DNA of 64,000 nucleotides from a virus. Below the pieces are notes generated by a model. It did not search any database and was not told the origin of the DNA. It saw nothing but the letters and a program-made list of their open reading frames with translations. The stretch covers positions 1 through 64,000 of IMG/VR virus record IMGVR_UViG_3300046501_000558; one strand, written 5' to 3'. Both the position numbers and the translations under genes were made by a program. This document shows positions 1 to 10,600 of this stretch, one piece after another (within the stretch, counting starts at the first letter, position 1; each line of letters opens with the position of its first letter).

Positions 1-253
1 CAACGGCTTCAGTTTCTACGGCTGCTTCAGCTGCAGGCGCAGCGGTTTCAGTTTCTACGGCTGCTTCAGCTGCAGGCGCAGCGGTTTCGGTTTCCACAGC
101 TGCTTCAGCTGCAGGCGCAGCGGTTTCGGTTTCCACAGCTGCTTCAGCTGCAGGCGCAGCGGTTTCAGTTTCTACAGCTGCTTCGACTGCAGGCGCAACG
201 GCTTCAGTTTCTACAGCTGCTTCAGCTGCAGGCGCAGCGGTTTCAGTTTCAGC
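1..253. repeat. 39-bp coding tandem repeat (~6.5 copies visible)
   Basis: Unit gcggtttcagtttctacggctgcttcagctgcaggcgca with few substitutions. Confidence 0.95.
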
Positions 254-325
254 TGTTTTGTTTCGTGATTTAGCACGAGTAGTAGTAGGTTTTTGTGCAA
301 CTTCAGCATCAATAATTTCAGCCAT
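1..325 (-). CDS. Acidic Ala/Glu-rich tandem-repeat protein downstream of capsid gene (3' end outside window)
   Basis: ATG at 325 with AAGGA upstream; open frame MAEIIDAEVAQKPTTTRAKSRNKTA-(ETETAAPAAEAAV)n to the window edge; missing from ORF track because truncated. Confidence 0.8.
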   Translation of the reverse strand, partial: MAEIIDAEVAQKPTTTRAKSRNKTAETETAAPAAEAAVETEAVAPAVEAAVETETAAPAAEAAVETETAAPAAEAAVETETAAPAAEAAVETETAAPAAEAAVETEAV

Positions 326-355
326 TTTTGTTTCCTTGATTATCTAAATAAGAAT

Positions 356-383
356 TAAAAAGAAGGCAGAAAACTGCCTTCTT
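356..383 (-). terminator. Intrinsic terminator after major capsid gene
   Basis: aagaaggcag-aaaa-ctgccttctt hairpin followed by U-tract on minus strand. Confidence 0.75.
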
Positions 384-394
384 GATTTCAATAA

Positions 395-2254
395 TTAAGA
401 CATTGCAACGGTTAGAGCTGCTGGTAGATTCATGACATGAAGAACTTCAACCTGATCTGCATAGCGCGCAATTTCATTCACTTGGGCTGCAGAACGCGAC
501 ATGTACCAAACACCTTGTACAAAGTCTTCTGAAGTGACGTCTTTAGTGATAACTGGTACGGCGGTATGACCAACGAATACAGATTTAGCAGGTACAGCAT
601 TACGACCAATAACTAACAATTCCCCAAACTGAGATGTTTCGTTGTTAACTGTTACTTCACCTTCTACTACGATGCCCGCAGCTTCAGGCACGTAGTAATA
701 GTTATCTTGGCCTTTAGAGCCGATACGAGTGATTTCAGTCGGTAGCCCGAAAGTCAGGCTTGAAGGCACAAAGTTTGTATCATTCGCTAGGACTTTCATA
801 AGAGTAGAAAGTGAACCAGTACTGTAAATATCAAAACCATCAGGTTTATGCCCTGTACGTACGATAACACGACGTTTACAGTCTTCGACCGCTGGGAAGA
901 TTTCAGCACCAATCATGGTTGTGCTATTAAACGCTTGCGTCATTTCACTGCCACGCGTTAAATCACATTGGCGTTTAAAACCTAAACCTTTTGCACGCCC
1001 TGCAATTTCTTTCAATAAGCGAACGTTTTGCTCAAGCATTAATTTTGCAATCACAATCGCAACAAAAGCAGAACGCATATCAACGCCAAGCTCATTTTGC
1101 ATTTGCGTTAATGCTTCAATTGTCGCGTGATATACGGCGCGGACCGGATACGCATGTACTTCTGCATAATCTAGATCGATGTCGGCATTTGGGGCTTGTA
1201 AAATCACACTACCGTTTGAATCTTTACGCTGATAATCTGCTACAACTTGGATTGTGACTTCCGCATCGACCGGTAACGCTTTATCAAATTCAATAGTAAT
1301 CGTGTCATTTGAAGCCGTATGGGTTCCCGACTTCAACTTGTAAGTTTCACCATTAATTTTGACTGCAGCATTATCTACTGGAAAGAAATTAGTAATTTCC
1401 TGTGTTTTGCCTCGGACAGCTGCATCATTAGCAATGTGAACGCCGTTTAAGTAAATACGTGAAGCACCGACAATAATCGGCAAGCGGTCGTTACCAACAG
1501 GATTTAAATCAGCATCAACCACACGTTTTGTTGTTAATTTGAAGATCAGATTATCAACAGTTTCCATACGGAATTTATGAACAGAGTCAAAGTATTGAGC
1601 TGCTGCTTTAATACCATCGAGGAATTCACCCTGCCGCGTTTGACCGTAATCACGGCCCGCAATTTGGCGCACATACACAAGTGGTAATGTATTAGTACCC
1701 ATCGGGTTAGGAAGGTATGCAACAAGCGGCGACGAGCTTGCAATCATCATTGTGATTGTAACCATTGCTAATGCTGGCACATCTGCAATATGGCTTGAAC
1801 TGCCAGACGAAACGCTGTCATAGAAAGAACGCGTTTCAGTGTTTACAGTGCGAGCATTCGCACTATCAAACAATCCGTCGGTGTTGGATGGCGTTAAACC
1901 GTCATAGATGATATGACCAGCATCAAGCGCAGCTGCTACAGCTGCAGCCGTTGGCATATTACCGCCATGGGCATTGCGATAAAGTTCAATACCTTTTGCA
2001 ACCGAGTCAAGAAGCTGATTTTTTGAAGCAGGGTTTTCTTTGAAAAGGTCAATTAGGCCCGTTAAAGATTTTGGAATGAGCGCATTAACATTGATATTGT
2101 TTTGAGCGCATTGAGCAACAATACTATCGTACTGAGATACAGAGTTAGTAGGGCGACCATTTTGATACTGCATTGCAGCTAAGAATTTGCCGACGGTTGC
2201 TAAAGTCGTACTTGTGTTTTGAGCATGATCACGTAGTTGTTCGTTGTTAAACAT
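395..2254 (-). CDS. Major capsid protein, P1 gp23-like
   Basis: 619 aa; size, long processed N-terminal region and gene context resemble P1-type capsid; late-promoter motif upstream. Confidence 0.75.
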   Translation of the reverse strand: MFNNEQLRDHAQNTSTTLATVGKFLAAMQYQNGRPTNSVSQYDSIVAQCAQNNINVNALIPKSLTGLIDLFKENPASKNQLLDSVAKGIELYRNAHGGNMPTAAAVAAALDAGHIIYDGLTPSNTDGLFDSANARTVNTETRSFYDSVSSGSSSHIADVPALAMVTITMMIASSSPLVAYLPNPMGTNTLPLVYVRQIAGRDYGQTRQGEFLDGIKAAAQYFDSVHKFRMETVDNLIFKLTTKRVVDADLNPVGNDRLPIIVGASRIYLNGVHIANDAAVRGKTQEITNFFPVDNAAVKINGETYKLKSGTHTASNDTITIEFDKALPVDAEVTIQVVADYQRKDSNGSVILQAPNADIDLDYAEVHAYPVRAVYHATIEALTQMQNELGVDMRSAFVAIVIAKLMLEQNVRLLKEIAGRAKGLGFKRQCDLTRGSEMTQAFNSTTMIGAEIFPAVEDCKRRVIVRTGHKPDGFDIYSTGSLSTLMKVLANDTNFVPSSLTFGLPTEITRIGSKGQDNYYYVPEAAGIVVEGEVTVNNETSQFGELLVIGRNAVPAKSVFVGHTAVPVITKDVTSEDFVQGVWYMSRSAAQVNEIARYADQVEVLHVMNLPAALTVAMS

Positions 2255-2356
2255 AGGTTCCTGTGCCTGATTGTTGGCTTGTGATGAACCTATTTTGAAG
2301 ACAACAAAAAGGGGCGAAATATTGAAATTCCACCCCCTTTTTTTACTTAAAAATCT

Positions 2357-2923
2357 TTATTCCCGTAAATCTTCAACTTGTGAATTAAATGGATCTAAAT
2401 ACTCAAGAGAATCACGTACGTTGAACATATATTTCACCCCGTGACTTGTAGGCAGTGATACCCCTGTAGCACCGATACACTCAAGCCACTTTATTGTGTC
2501 TTCAGTAATCAGAAGTGCAAAAATATCCCCCTTTTCTGGCGTCCAGTCGGGAATATTGCGCTGCATCTGCCTAATTACGCCGTAATCATCAAGATTAAAT
2601 GGTTCAACTTGTGCTGAAATGATGGCTTCACCAATATTTACCCCAGAACCATCACTCCACATACTTCCAGCTGCAAAATGATCGAATAACATTTTTGCAT
2701 AACCTTGATCTTCATAATGTGTTGCGTGCTCTTCTTGGCTTCCTAAAACTTCAGCACCAGGATAAACAGTTTCATTTCTTGTTTGCTGATCATTAACAGG
2801 ATCTACTTTTCTACGAAAAACATGGCAATCGACCGCAGAAAGACTTGTTATCACTACAGATCTGGCTGCCATACGGCGTCCATCCATTACCCGGTTAGTT
2901 TCTTGTCGAATCGGTTTTAACAT
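2357..2923 (-). CDS. P1-like virion morphogenesis protein
   Basis: 188 aa in late operon between tail and capsid genes. Confidence 0.5.
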   Translation of the reverse strand: MLKPIRQETNRVMDGRRMAARSVVITSLSAVDCHVFRRKVDPVNDQQTRNETVYPGAEVLGSQEEHATHYEDQGYAKMLFDHFAAGSMWSDGSGVNIGEAIISAQVEPFNLDDYGVIRQMQRNIPDWTPEKGDIFALLITEDTIKWLECIGATGVSLPTSHGVKYMFNVRDSLEYLDPFNSQVEDLRE

Positions 2924-2930
2924 GGTTCAC

Positions 2931-4001
2931 TCATTGCAATTTTTTAGATAAAAGTTGGTATTCGTCTTCGCTTAATATTCCTTGTTTACGAAGTACTTCA
3001 AGTTTTCTCATGGCTTGATGTGTGGTCTGCACGGCCTTGGCTTTTTCAGCAATTACTTTTGCACGTTGTAAAGCCTTCTGTTCAAGCTTTTTAACTTCTT
3101 GCTGTACTTTAGGCACAATATGATTTCGCGCTGTATTCGCTCTTACCATTTGTTCTGAAAGATTGCGGCTCAGATCCTTCTTGTTTTGTTTATAACGAAC
3201 ATCCACTTGCTTTGAACGGTCTGACTCTAAAGCTTGTTCTAAGTAACGGCGGCCATGTGCAGATTTGATGAAATGCATTACTCGTAATAAATGCTTGCAA
3301 GCAATACCAGTCAATTGAGGGTTTTTAAGCTTTGGAAAGCCGCCCTCTTTTCGTCCTAAAACAGTTTCCCCAACTGTATTAATGTAGCGATACCAATACT
3401 TAAATTTTCCGCAATCACATTCAAATTTCACTTTGCCTTTTGATAAACGATTTTGGACAGTTGTGGTTTTAATTCGTTCAGGATTAAATATAAGTGAGTC
3501 AAAAGCCTGAAATTCAACATTTACGTGATGATACTTAGCTTCACTTCCTTTGCTTGCATTCGTAATGAAGTGAACAAGTCCACCTTTACGGCGAACGGGG
3601 TGAGCTACATGAATTTGCTGATTGGCTAAATCAATATCGTCTTGCCGACTAAAAGCAATAACCTGCTCGACCGTAATCCCACCTTTGTAGTTTTCAGCAA
3701 TAGTTTCGATATTGTGCTTAAAAGCAATAAGGTCATCTTTGGTTAAAACACGCGTCATGCCCTCAGGTAAGCCTAAAGTCGTCTGTAAGGCACGCTTAAA
3801 ATCATAATCGCCCGCTAGGTCAGAAGGACGCAAGAACATAGGCTTAGAGCCTTTTTTATCGTCTTTGCTCTCACGCTCTTCTTCTGCAGTACGACGTTGT
3901 GAACGGTCGTCTCTTTGGCGATTTTTAAGATCTTTACCGAAGCCACCCTTTAAGATTGTTTCTCTAAACTTGTCGGGTTCAAAATCAGCATCTTTAAGCA
4001 T
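2931..4001 (-). CDS. Phage tail-associated protein with SWIM-like Zn finger (P1 gp25-like)
   Basis: CDCxxF...CKH motif; late operon context. Confidence 0.6.
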   Translation of the reverse strand: MLKDADFEPDKFRETILKGGFGKDLKNRQRDDRSQRRTAEEERESKDDKKGSKPMFLRPSDLAGDYDFKRALQTTLGLPEGMTRVLTKDDLIAFKHNIETIAENYKGGITVEQVIAFSRQDDIDLANQQIHVAHPVRRKGGLVHFITNASKGSEAKYHHVNVEFQAFDSLIFNPERIKTTTVQNRLSKGKVKFECDCGKFKYWYRYINTVGETVLGRKEGGFPKLKNPQLTGIACKHLLRVMHFIKSAHGRRYLEQALESDRSKQVDVRYKQNKKDLSRNLSEQMVRANTARNHIVPKVQQEVKKLEQKALQRAKVIAEKAKAVQTTHQAMRKLEVLRKQGILSEDEYQLLSKKLQ

Positions 4002-4293
4002 TCTTCACCTCATGCAACTTTTGCAATCGTATGATTTCGCTTAGCCGTGGCAGTAAGATAATTTTTTCCTCTAAAGCTTCATGAAAAAATGAGGCATTAC
4101 AGGCTATACGCACCACATCAGAGTGACGGCGTGTTTTATATGCACGTTCACTTATCAATGAATGATCATAAACTTCATCATTTCCTACTTGATACTGAAA
4201 CAAAACATTGGCGTGAGAAGCTTTATTCTTATTGAGTTCGATTAAGCGCCGTATATCGATTAAATATTCATTAACTGACATTTTCATTCGCAA
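3994..4293 (-). CDS. Small baseplate protein (P1 gp26/LysM-like tail X type)
   Basis: 99 aa with YQVxxDExxDxSLISxRxY pattern; overlaps next gene. Confidence 0.55.
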   Translation of the reverse strand: MRMKMSVNEYLIDIRRLIELNKNKASHANVLFQYQVGNDEVYDHSLISERAYKTRRHSDVVRIACNASFFHEALEEKIILLPRLSEIIRLQKLHEVKNA

Positions 4294-4354
4294 TTAAAAA
4301 GGGATAACTCATTTTCAGTTATCCCTTTTTTGTGCTTTTGTGGTTATTCCACTA

Positions 4355-5797
4355 TCAAACGCTTATAACCTTAGCAAAACCGTTTACACCAAACTCGCCA
4401 TTAAATCCTTGGGGTACTGTACCACCCGCACCAATGGTCAGAGTTAAGTACATTGTATTGTCGGTCGTATTCGCAACACGAACCTTAATAAATGCTCCTG
4501 AGCCACCACCACCACCAAATGACAGACCATCATCACCATGACCATCCCCCCCATCACCGCCCGCGCCATAAATGGAAATTGGACTAACAGATGACCCGCC
4601 GACATGATCCCCAACCCCACCATAAGGATGACCATTTAAACCATTTGAGGATTCAATAAAGGTAACTCTTGGATCCGCAACTAATGGTTGAGCTATGCCC
4701 GGCTCACCACCACCGTTTTCATTTCCATTAGTAAACGATGAGCCATTACCCCAAACACCCTCAGTACCACCAAAACCACCCGAAGCAATAGCAAACATGA
4801 TTCCATCAAGCGATAAACTAGTATTACTACCATTACCGCCATCTCCATTTCCACCTTCAGTACTCCAACGGAAAGAACCACCCGCGCCGCCAGCTCCGAC
4901 AATAATAATATCTTTAGTGGATTGTGCTGGGATACCAATCATGTAATCCCCTGGTACTGTGTACTCACCATCTCCTAGAATCGCGCTTTCAGGCGACGTC
5001 TGTGTTACATTCCAGTTCACAAACCCGCCATAACCGACACGGCTGGTTCCGGAACGATTAAAAACATTAAAAGCAAAGGTTTTTAGGCCTCTAGAGATAG
5101 TCCACCCTTCATGACCACCTTCTGGGGTAAGTGAAATAACGTATTTGGTGTCACGCATATCTGAGACAATATTGCCTAGATCAATAGTTGCATTGCCGTT
5201 AGAAACACCGCTAGCAATCACTCTTGGATAGAGATCAGCAATCTCTTGTTCAATGTCATCGATTTGATCTTGCAAATGCTGATCCTTAGCATCGACATCA
5301 ACTTTTTTAGCATATTGAGGGTGCGGATCTGCCGCAGTTTCATGCATGACCATTAATTGCTGCATGATAGGTACATCTACTTGCACAATAACGGTAATGT
5401 TTGAAGTAGTCCCAAGAGCTAGACCAAAAGAACCTACAAAAGAGATCCCCTTATCTAAAGTGAAATACATCCCTTCAGGTAAACTTGCTACAGCAAATAA
5501 AGTACCATCCTCAGCATAAACGCCAATTTCACTGACCTGTACAACTTTGGTTGGTACAAAATTTACTGAAAGAATCAGTGTATTTTCGGTCGCCTCAATT
5601 CCACCCGCTGATAAAGCAGCCTCAACTACTTTATTTTCCAATTCTGTACGTTGGTCATTATCAATACTTTCATAATGACCGTTGCCAAATCCAATTTTAT
5701 TTAGAGAGAGATTTAACCCGTTATTGTCTTCACTTAATGCAGCCAAACGCCCCGCTGCCGTGACCTTGAATATAACTTGTACTGTTTCTTCACTCAT
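4355..5797 (-). CDS. Tail fibre protein (collar-fibre N-terminus, Gly-rich C-terminal domain)
   Basis: EIGVYAEDGTLFAV and HETAADPHPQY fibre motifs; GAGGAGG/GGGGGSG repeats; start moved to MSEET at 5797. Confidence 0.85.
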   Translation of the reverse strand: MSEETVQVIFKVTAAGRLAALSEDNNGLNLSLNKIGFGNGHYESIDNDQRTELENKVVEAALSAGGIEATENTLILSVNFVPTKVVQVSEIGVYAEDGTLFAVASLPEGMYFTLDKGISFVGSFGLALGTTSNITVIVQVDVPIMQQLMVMHETAADPHPQYAKKVDVDAKDQHLQDQIDDIEQEIADLYPRVIASGVSNGNATIDLGNIVSDMRDTKYVISLTPEGGHEGWTISRGLKTFAFNVFNRSGTSRVGYGGFVNWNVTQTSPESAILGDGEYTVPGDYMIGIPAQSTKDIIIVGAGGAGGSFRWSTEGGNGDGGNGSNTSLSLDGIMFAIASGGFGGTEGVWGNGSSFTNGNENGGGEPGIAQPLVADPRVTFIESSNGLNGHPYGGVGDHVGGSSVSPISIYGAGGDGGDGHGDDGLSFGGGGGSGAFIKVRVANTTDNTMYLTLTIGAGGTVPQGFNGEFGVNGFAKVISV

Positions 5798-5865
5798 GAG
5801 CTTATAGATCCAAATTTTTCGGTATTTATAGCCCGTTAAAACAATTAGCCTTGGCAAAAATTCCA

Positions 5866-7845
5866 CTAGCTTAAAAGATCAGAAAACTCATCAGCTTCTG
5901 CAAGTACGGCCTCAGCCTCAATTTGATCTGAAGATCTACCCGCACCTTGATGATTGATATCCTTAGTAAAGCTATCCTCAGCAACCATATAAGCGGAGGC
6001 GGTTAAAAACATAAATGCAAAGGTATCTACCAAATCAGGTGACTTGATCCCGCGTCGTTTCATTTCCTCTTTAGATAGGATCTTATAGCGTGCTTGATCA
6101 TCGAAGGTGTAAGGAATACGTGTTAATTGCTCTTCTATTTTCGACTTAAACAGTAGTGTGCGGATCTTGAACCGGTTCTCGGCAATTGCACGGCCTAAAG
6201 CAACGAAAGCTTGAGCACGCTGATTAACATACATCTTCTTGTCAGTCGTTTGGAAGCACTGACCGCCCCAATGAATACGGCGATATGTAATACCAATTGA
6301 AGTTAGGTATTGAGCTAAACCCGCACCGGTACCATTGGCATCGAGTAGGATTGAAATATTGGGATATTGGATAAGGCAGTTGTTAATGATGCCGGCCAAT
6401 TCCTGAATATTATCGTTATTCTTACAGAGCGGAACGTCAATAATCTCAATACGCCGTGCCCGTTCGCCAAACTTGGCATTACCCCACACACGACCAATAA
6501 CAATAGCTGAATCGTCACGGCCAACACCGCCGCCGACATCGACCGCCATAAAGTAGCCATATTCTTTAAACTTCTTATCTTTAAGACTTCTACCTTGCCA
6601 TGCCTTTCGAGCATTCTTGTATGTAATTAAGAATTCGCCAGCAAGGTCGGGAAATAGTCCACGTATACGAATTAAATATGATGGATCGTCACGACTACCG
6701 TACTGTAATAATGCCTCTTTAATCTTCCTGATACTGACGATCGGAGAATCTTCACTATTGAAGATAAGTGAATTCCAAATACCTCCCGCAGCCATTGAAA
6801 GTTTATGGTGCGTATCATAGAAGAAACCCGTCGGTTTGGCTGGCTGTGAAGTCAGTGCCATACGGTTATCTTCTTCAGTTAATGCGTTTGTTAAAACGTC
6901 AAAAACTGGATCTTCAATACCCGCAGCCTCATCACCCCAAATAAATAGGTACTTAGCATGTAGACCTGCCAAGTTTGTAGGTTTATTTGGTGGCGCAGTC
7001 TTAGCAAAGATATGCCAAGTCTTTTGAAAGCCTTTGATGTATACGCTTTCTGCAAGCACCTCGATGTAGTCAACCATCCACGCCAAACGGCGTGTTTTCA
7101 TCAGGTCTTTACATATCTCAATCTCTTTCCAGACAAGCTTTCGGAGTTGATCAATCTGCGGAGCCGTGAACAACATGATTGAGAAAGGGAAAAAGAGTAA
7201 GTGCCAAAGCGCACAAACGCCCGCTGAGCGGGTTTTACCTGTGTTGTGTAGTACTACATCATCTTCACCCAAAAACATGTGATTATGAAGCAGCTCGAAG
7301 CCGTAGTAGTCACCTTTCCCGATCGATTTAATAGACTGGATTTCTACACGTTCAAAACCCTTTTTGGTCCACTTATAAAAACTAAAACGGCGTTGTTTTG
7401 GTCGCTTAAATTCTAAGAATTTCTTTAATGTAATTGTGAGCCTATGGCCCGCCTCATCAAGCAAGCAAAGTATGTGAGATTCATTGAAAATACCGCATTT
7501 GCCATTTTTGTAGCGGACCTTATAAAGTCTCTCTTTTCCACGTAGAACATGCGTAACAGTGCGAGAACTTTGATTGTCCTCGCCCATTACTAAATCATCT
7601 TCTTCAATATCCTGAACGGGCTTAAAGCTCCCATTGAACATTTTGATCGGTGTATCTATACCAAAACATCCATGTCCTGATGACACACTCGTTCTACTAC
7701 CAGGAACAGCAATAGATGTATAAAGCTCGTATTGCTGCCAAGTAATTTCCATGCCCAAAGCTTCGATTGCAAAGCGTGGCAAGTCGTAGCGATACCGCTT
7801 ACACGCAGCATGCCACTCAGGTAAATCAACAAGACTTTTAAGCAT
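5866..7845 (-). CDS. Terminase large subunit (P1 PacB-like) containing an intein
   Basis: Walker A GHG/TGKT split by intein, Walker B IWGDEA, nuclease DVGGG and SPDLVD motifs. Confidence 0.92.
   Translation of the reverse strand: MLKSLVDLPEWHAACKRYRYDLPRFAIEALGMEITWQQYELYTSIAVPGSRTSVSSGHGCFGIDTPIKMFNGSFKPVQDIEEDDLVMGEDNQSSRTVTHVLRGKERLYKVRYKNGKCGIFNESHILCLLDEAGHRLTITLKKFLEFKRPKQRRFSFYKWTKKGFERVEIQSIKSIGKGDYYGFELLHNHMFLGEDDVVLHNTGKTRSAGVCALWHLLFFPFSIMLFTAPQIDQLRKLVWKEIEICKDLMKTRRLAWMVDYIEVLAESVYIKGFQKTWHIFAKTAPPNKPTNLAGLHAKYLFIWGDEAAGIEDPVFDVLTNALTEEDNRMALTSQPAKPTGFFYDTHHKLSMAAGGIWNSLIFNSEDSPIVSIRKIKEALLQYGSRDDPSYLIRIRGLFPDLAGEFLITYKNARKAWQGRSLKDKKFKEYGYFMAVDVGGGVGRDDSAIVIGRVWGNAKFGERARRIEIIDVPLCKNNDNIQELAGIINNCLIQYPNISILLDANGTGAGLAQYLTSIGITYRRIHWGGQCFQTTDKKMYVNQRAQAFVALGRAIAENRFKIRTLLFKSKIEEQLTRIPYTFDDQARYKILSKEEMKRRGIKSPDLVDTFAFMFLTASAYMVAEDSFTKDINHQGAGRSSDQIEAEAVLAEADEFSDLLS
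7243..7668 (-). other. 142-aa mini-intein in terminase Walker A
   Basis: Starts CFGIDTPIKMFNG, block B FNESHIL, ends VVLHN followed by Thr; no room for a homing endonuclease. Confidence 0.92.
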
Positions 7846-7856
7846 TCCGCACTACC

Positions 7857-8414
7857 TTAAATAGTGAACGGAACTAAGAAGTCATCTTGATCTTCTTCAG
7901 TTATTTCAACTTTATCGTTGCTTGTAATGGCAGTCGCAGCCATTGCACGAATTGCTGCCCAACAAGATGCTAAAACAGCAATGTGGCCGTTATTTGTTGA
8001 ATCGGGATCTAACTCATAGACAGATCCACCAATATCAAGCTTACGTAGCTGTAAAACCTGTTTAGCGTTATATCTGTTTGCAACTTCTTTCCCGAGTTTT
8101 AAACGACCTGAGCGCTCAAGTTCGTAATAAGCACTTGCGGCTTCAGGCAGATGCAACTTTTCTTGAAAATGGAGATCCCACTTTTTGAAACTGTTAGCAC
8201 TGTCCACCACAATCATCGTATGGCGTTTAAGTACTTTAATTTTTTCAATCTGCTCGGGTGTTTTGTCCTTAAACGTTATTTCTGAGTCGTAAGGTAAAAC
8301 TTTAGAAATCGCTAAAATGCCGTTGATAGTGTCATAGGTGCCCGTTATACGTACTTTCTCTTCATTGTAAGAACCAATACGTACATCGGTAATGATGAAG
8401 CTAGGAGCACTCAT
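7857..8414 (-). CDS. Phage late hypothetical protein
   Basis: 185-aa ORF coupled to neighbours in late operon. Confidence 0.6.
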   Translation of the reverse strand: MSAPSFIITDVRIGSYNEEKVRITGTYDTINGILAISKVLPYDSEITFKDKTPEQIEKIKVLKRHTMIVVDSANSFKKWDLHFQEKLHLPEAASAYYELERSGRLKLGKEVANRYNAKQVLQLRKLDIGGSVYELDPDSTNNGHIAVLASCWAAIRAMAATAITSNDKVEITEEDQDDFLVPFTI

Positions 8415-9175
8415 ACGTTTGTACTCCCCTTAATCACCACTTCTAAACTACGTTTACCCGAGTACTTATCAGCTTTTAAACGTGCGAAGAACGGTGCAGG
8501 TCTGTCTTTAAACATGTCTGCTTCAACAACAACCGACCAAGGTGCAGGCTGATTAGGGTCTAATCCCCCCGTGACTTGGGGCAATAATCCTTGGCATACA
8601 AAATCAAAAATGCCTATTGTTAGGTTTGTCTCTTCGACCGATGCGCTGTCAGGAAATAACGAGTTATCTAGAACTGTGAGAGCCCATGAGTCAGAAACAT
8701 CTTCGGCAAAATGATAGATCACAGGGAAACGGCGCTTTTCCTGTAATTCGAAATAATTACTGAATTGATCAGTTATGCTCGATGCGCTGTCAGGATCATT
8801 CACTACAAAAGCGATTTGAACTCTAAAGGCCCGAGCTAAAGCGCGAATAGTGATATTTCGTTTTTGTGGATCTGTAGGAATACGTGTTTTTAAATCGTAT
8901 GGAACAGCGTGCAAGCTGCTTGCATCTGGTTTTTCTTTAATACGTTGGAGTGCCAAAAATAGCCGTGGCAAGCGAGCTGTACCAGTTTTCCGATAACTGT
9001 CCAACATCGATTGAACATCATCAATCATGCGCCCTTCAACAACTACCGTAGGCATAGGATCTTGTTTCCAAGCCTGTAATGCAGCTGTATCGGGCATCAT
9101 CCATTTTTGAAAATCTAGAATGACGTTGCATAACGCCGTTTTAACAAATTCACGTGTAGAACATTCTTGATTCAT
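8411..9175 (-). CDS. Tail completion/stability protein (P1 gp24-like)
   Basis: 254 aa, position in late operon; family call from recalled resemblance. Confidence 0.45.
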   Translation of the reverse strand: MNQECSTREFVKTALCNVILDFQKWMMPDTAALQAWKQDPMPTVVVEGRMIDDVQSMLDSYRKTGTARLPRLFLALQRIKEKPDASSLHAVPYDLKTRIPTDPQKRNITIRALARAFRVQIAFVVNDPDSASSITDQFSNYFELQEKRRFPVIYHFAEDVSDSWALTVLDNSLFPDSASVEETNLTIGIFDFVCQGLLPQVTGGLDPNQPAPWSVVVEADMFKDRPAPFFARLKADKYSGKRSLEVVIKGSTNV

Positions 9176-9186
9176 TACGCTCTACC

Positions 9187-10035
9187 TTAGAAAAAGTTAA
9201 AAAAGCCGCCCAAAAGCTTCGGCTTTGCTTCAGACTGAGTTTGATTATTAGGTTTTGGTTGCTGCCCCATCTCAAGAAAACGATTTGATTCTTCTAAGAA
9301 CTCATCGAGCTTTACTGTTGGACATAAAGCACTGTCATAAACTTCATTTTGGCGTTCTTTTTGTAATAAACGTTGACGCTCAATACGTGCCTGTTTTTGT
9401 AAAAATGTATTTTCAAGCTGCATGGCTTGTAAAAGGCGTTCATTTGCGTCTTCAAGCGTGAAATTGGCGTATTGCACATCATTGATACAGTCAAGGATTG
9501 CAGCTAAACCAAATTCCAAAGACTCACGAATTAACGGCGTTTGAGTGATTGCCGAATCAAGCACATAACCACGATTATCGACATAGTTTTGCTGTAAAAC
9601 ATAATCCATACCGCCCATGATGGTCGGCATGAAACGCCCACCTACAGGCTGAGCATCTACGGCCATGGAAAAACCGCCCACTTTTGCCTTAAAGTTCTTA
9701 AATGCGTATTCCCCTGAATCTGTTTCTAAGAACTCTTCACGATGAGAAACGTTACCTGAACGATCAGCACTAAACTCAATGGTCCGAACTGCTGGGCTCA
9801 GACGGTATTCTTTACCAGCTAAGAACGCCGTTTCCGGCGGGGTCATTCCAAAAAGTTGCCTAACTTGGTGGCCGTAATAACCGAAAAGGCCGCCTGTTTT
9901 CACCATTTCTTGCGTTGCTGGTGAATTAATAAGATCTACCCATGCTTGGACATCAACATCTGAACGATCTTGACCAGTAAACTTTCGGCCCCGATCATTT
10001 AAGTTAAACGTGATTAGTTGCGTAACCCGTGACAT
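9187..10035 (-). CDS. Head-processing protease (P1 Pro-like)
   Basis: GYYGH, H..EFL and GGFS motifs of prohead protease type; late promoter upstream. Confidence 0.7.
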   Translation of the reverse strand: MSRVTQLITFNLNDRGRKFTGQDRSDVDVQAWVDLINSPATQEMVKTGGLFGYYGHQVRQLFGMTPPETAFLAGKEYRLSPAVRTIEFSADRSGNVSHREEFLETDSGEYAFKNFKAKVGGFSMAVDAQPVGGRFMPTIMGGMDYVLQQNYVDNRGYVLDSAITQTPLIRESLEFGLAAILDCINDVQYANFTLEDANERLLQAMQLENTFLQKQARIERQRLLQKERQNEVYDSALCPTVKLDEFLEESNRFLEMGQQPKPNNQTQSEAKPKLLGGFFNFF

Positions 10036-10099
10036 AAAAAAAGCCCTAATATCAATATTTAGGGCTATTTTGTTTTAAGCAATTAAAGTGACTTTTTCA

Positions 10100-10600
10100 T
10101 TATTCCACCTGCATACAGGCATCTGTAAATTTTGGTATGACCGTTTTTAAGAGATAATCCTCAGTGATGAACTTCTTGTTTACTGGTCCTAAAAAGGCTG
10201 CAACAACACGGCCACTACCCTCGGTTGAATGTGGTATACGGTCATTAACGGCGTAAATAGTGCCTACTTCGAGCTTGATACGCTCTGTTTCTTTAACTTT
10301 TGGGTCAATGGTTGGCTTCTCAACTAATAGAAAATCTTCTGATTCCATGTTAATCGGCATAAAGAAAATATAGCCCGAGTTATCCTGGTGCTCCTCGATT
10401 GGAGACTTCCACCCGTAATATTGAATATGGTCACTTTGCGTCGTAGTAATGATATTTAAACCGGGCAGATCTTTATGAAGTATCTGATTGACTGTCGAAA
10501 TAACAGGGAGAAGAGTTGTTGTAATCGTTGGTACAGTTCCAACTACAAAAACTTGTTTTAATTTGCCTTTTGAATCAAAAATTTCCATTAGGGGCACCAC
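10100..10600 (-). CDS. Putative 2OG-Fe(II) oxygenase / cupin
   Basis: HxD (EEHQD), distal His (IPHST) and downstream Arg (GRVV). Confidence 0.5.
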   Translation of the reverse strand: MVPLMEIFDSKGKLKQVFVVGTVPTITTTLLPVISTVNQILHKDLPGLNIITTTQSDHIQYYGWKSPIEEHQDNSGYIFFMPINMESEDFLLVEKPTIDPKVKETERIKLEVGTIYAVNDRIPHSTEGSGRVVAAFLGPVNKKFITEDYLLKTVIPKFTDACMQVE

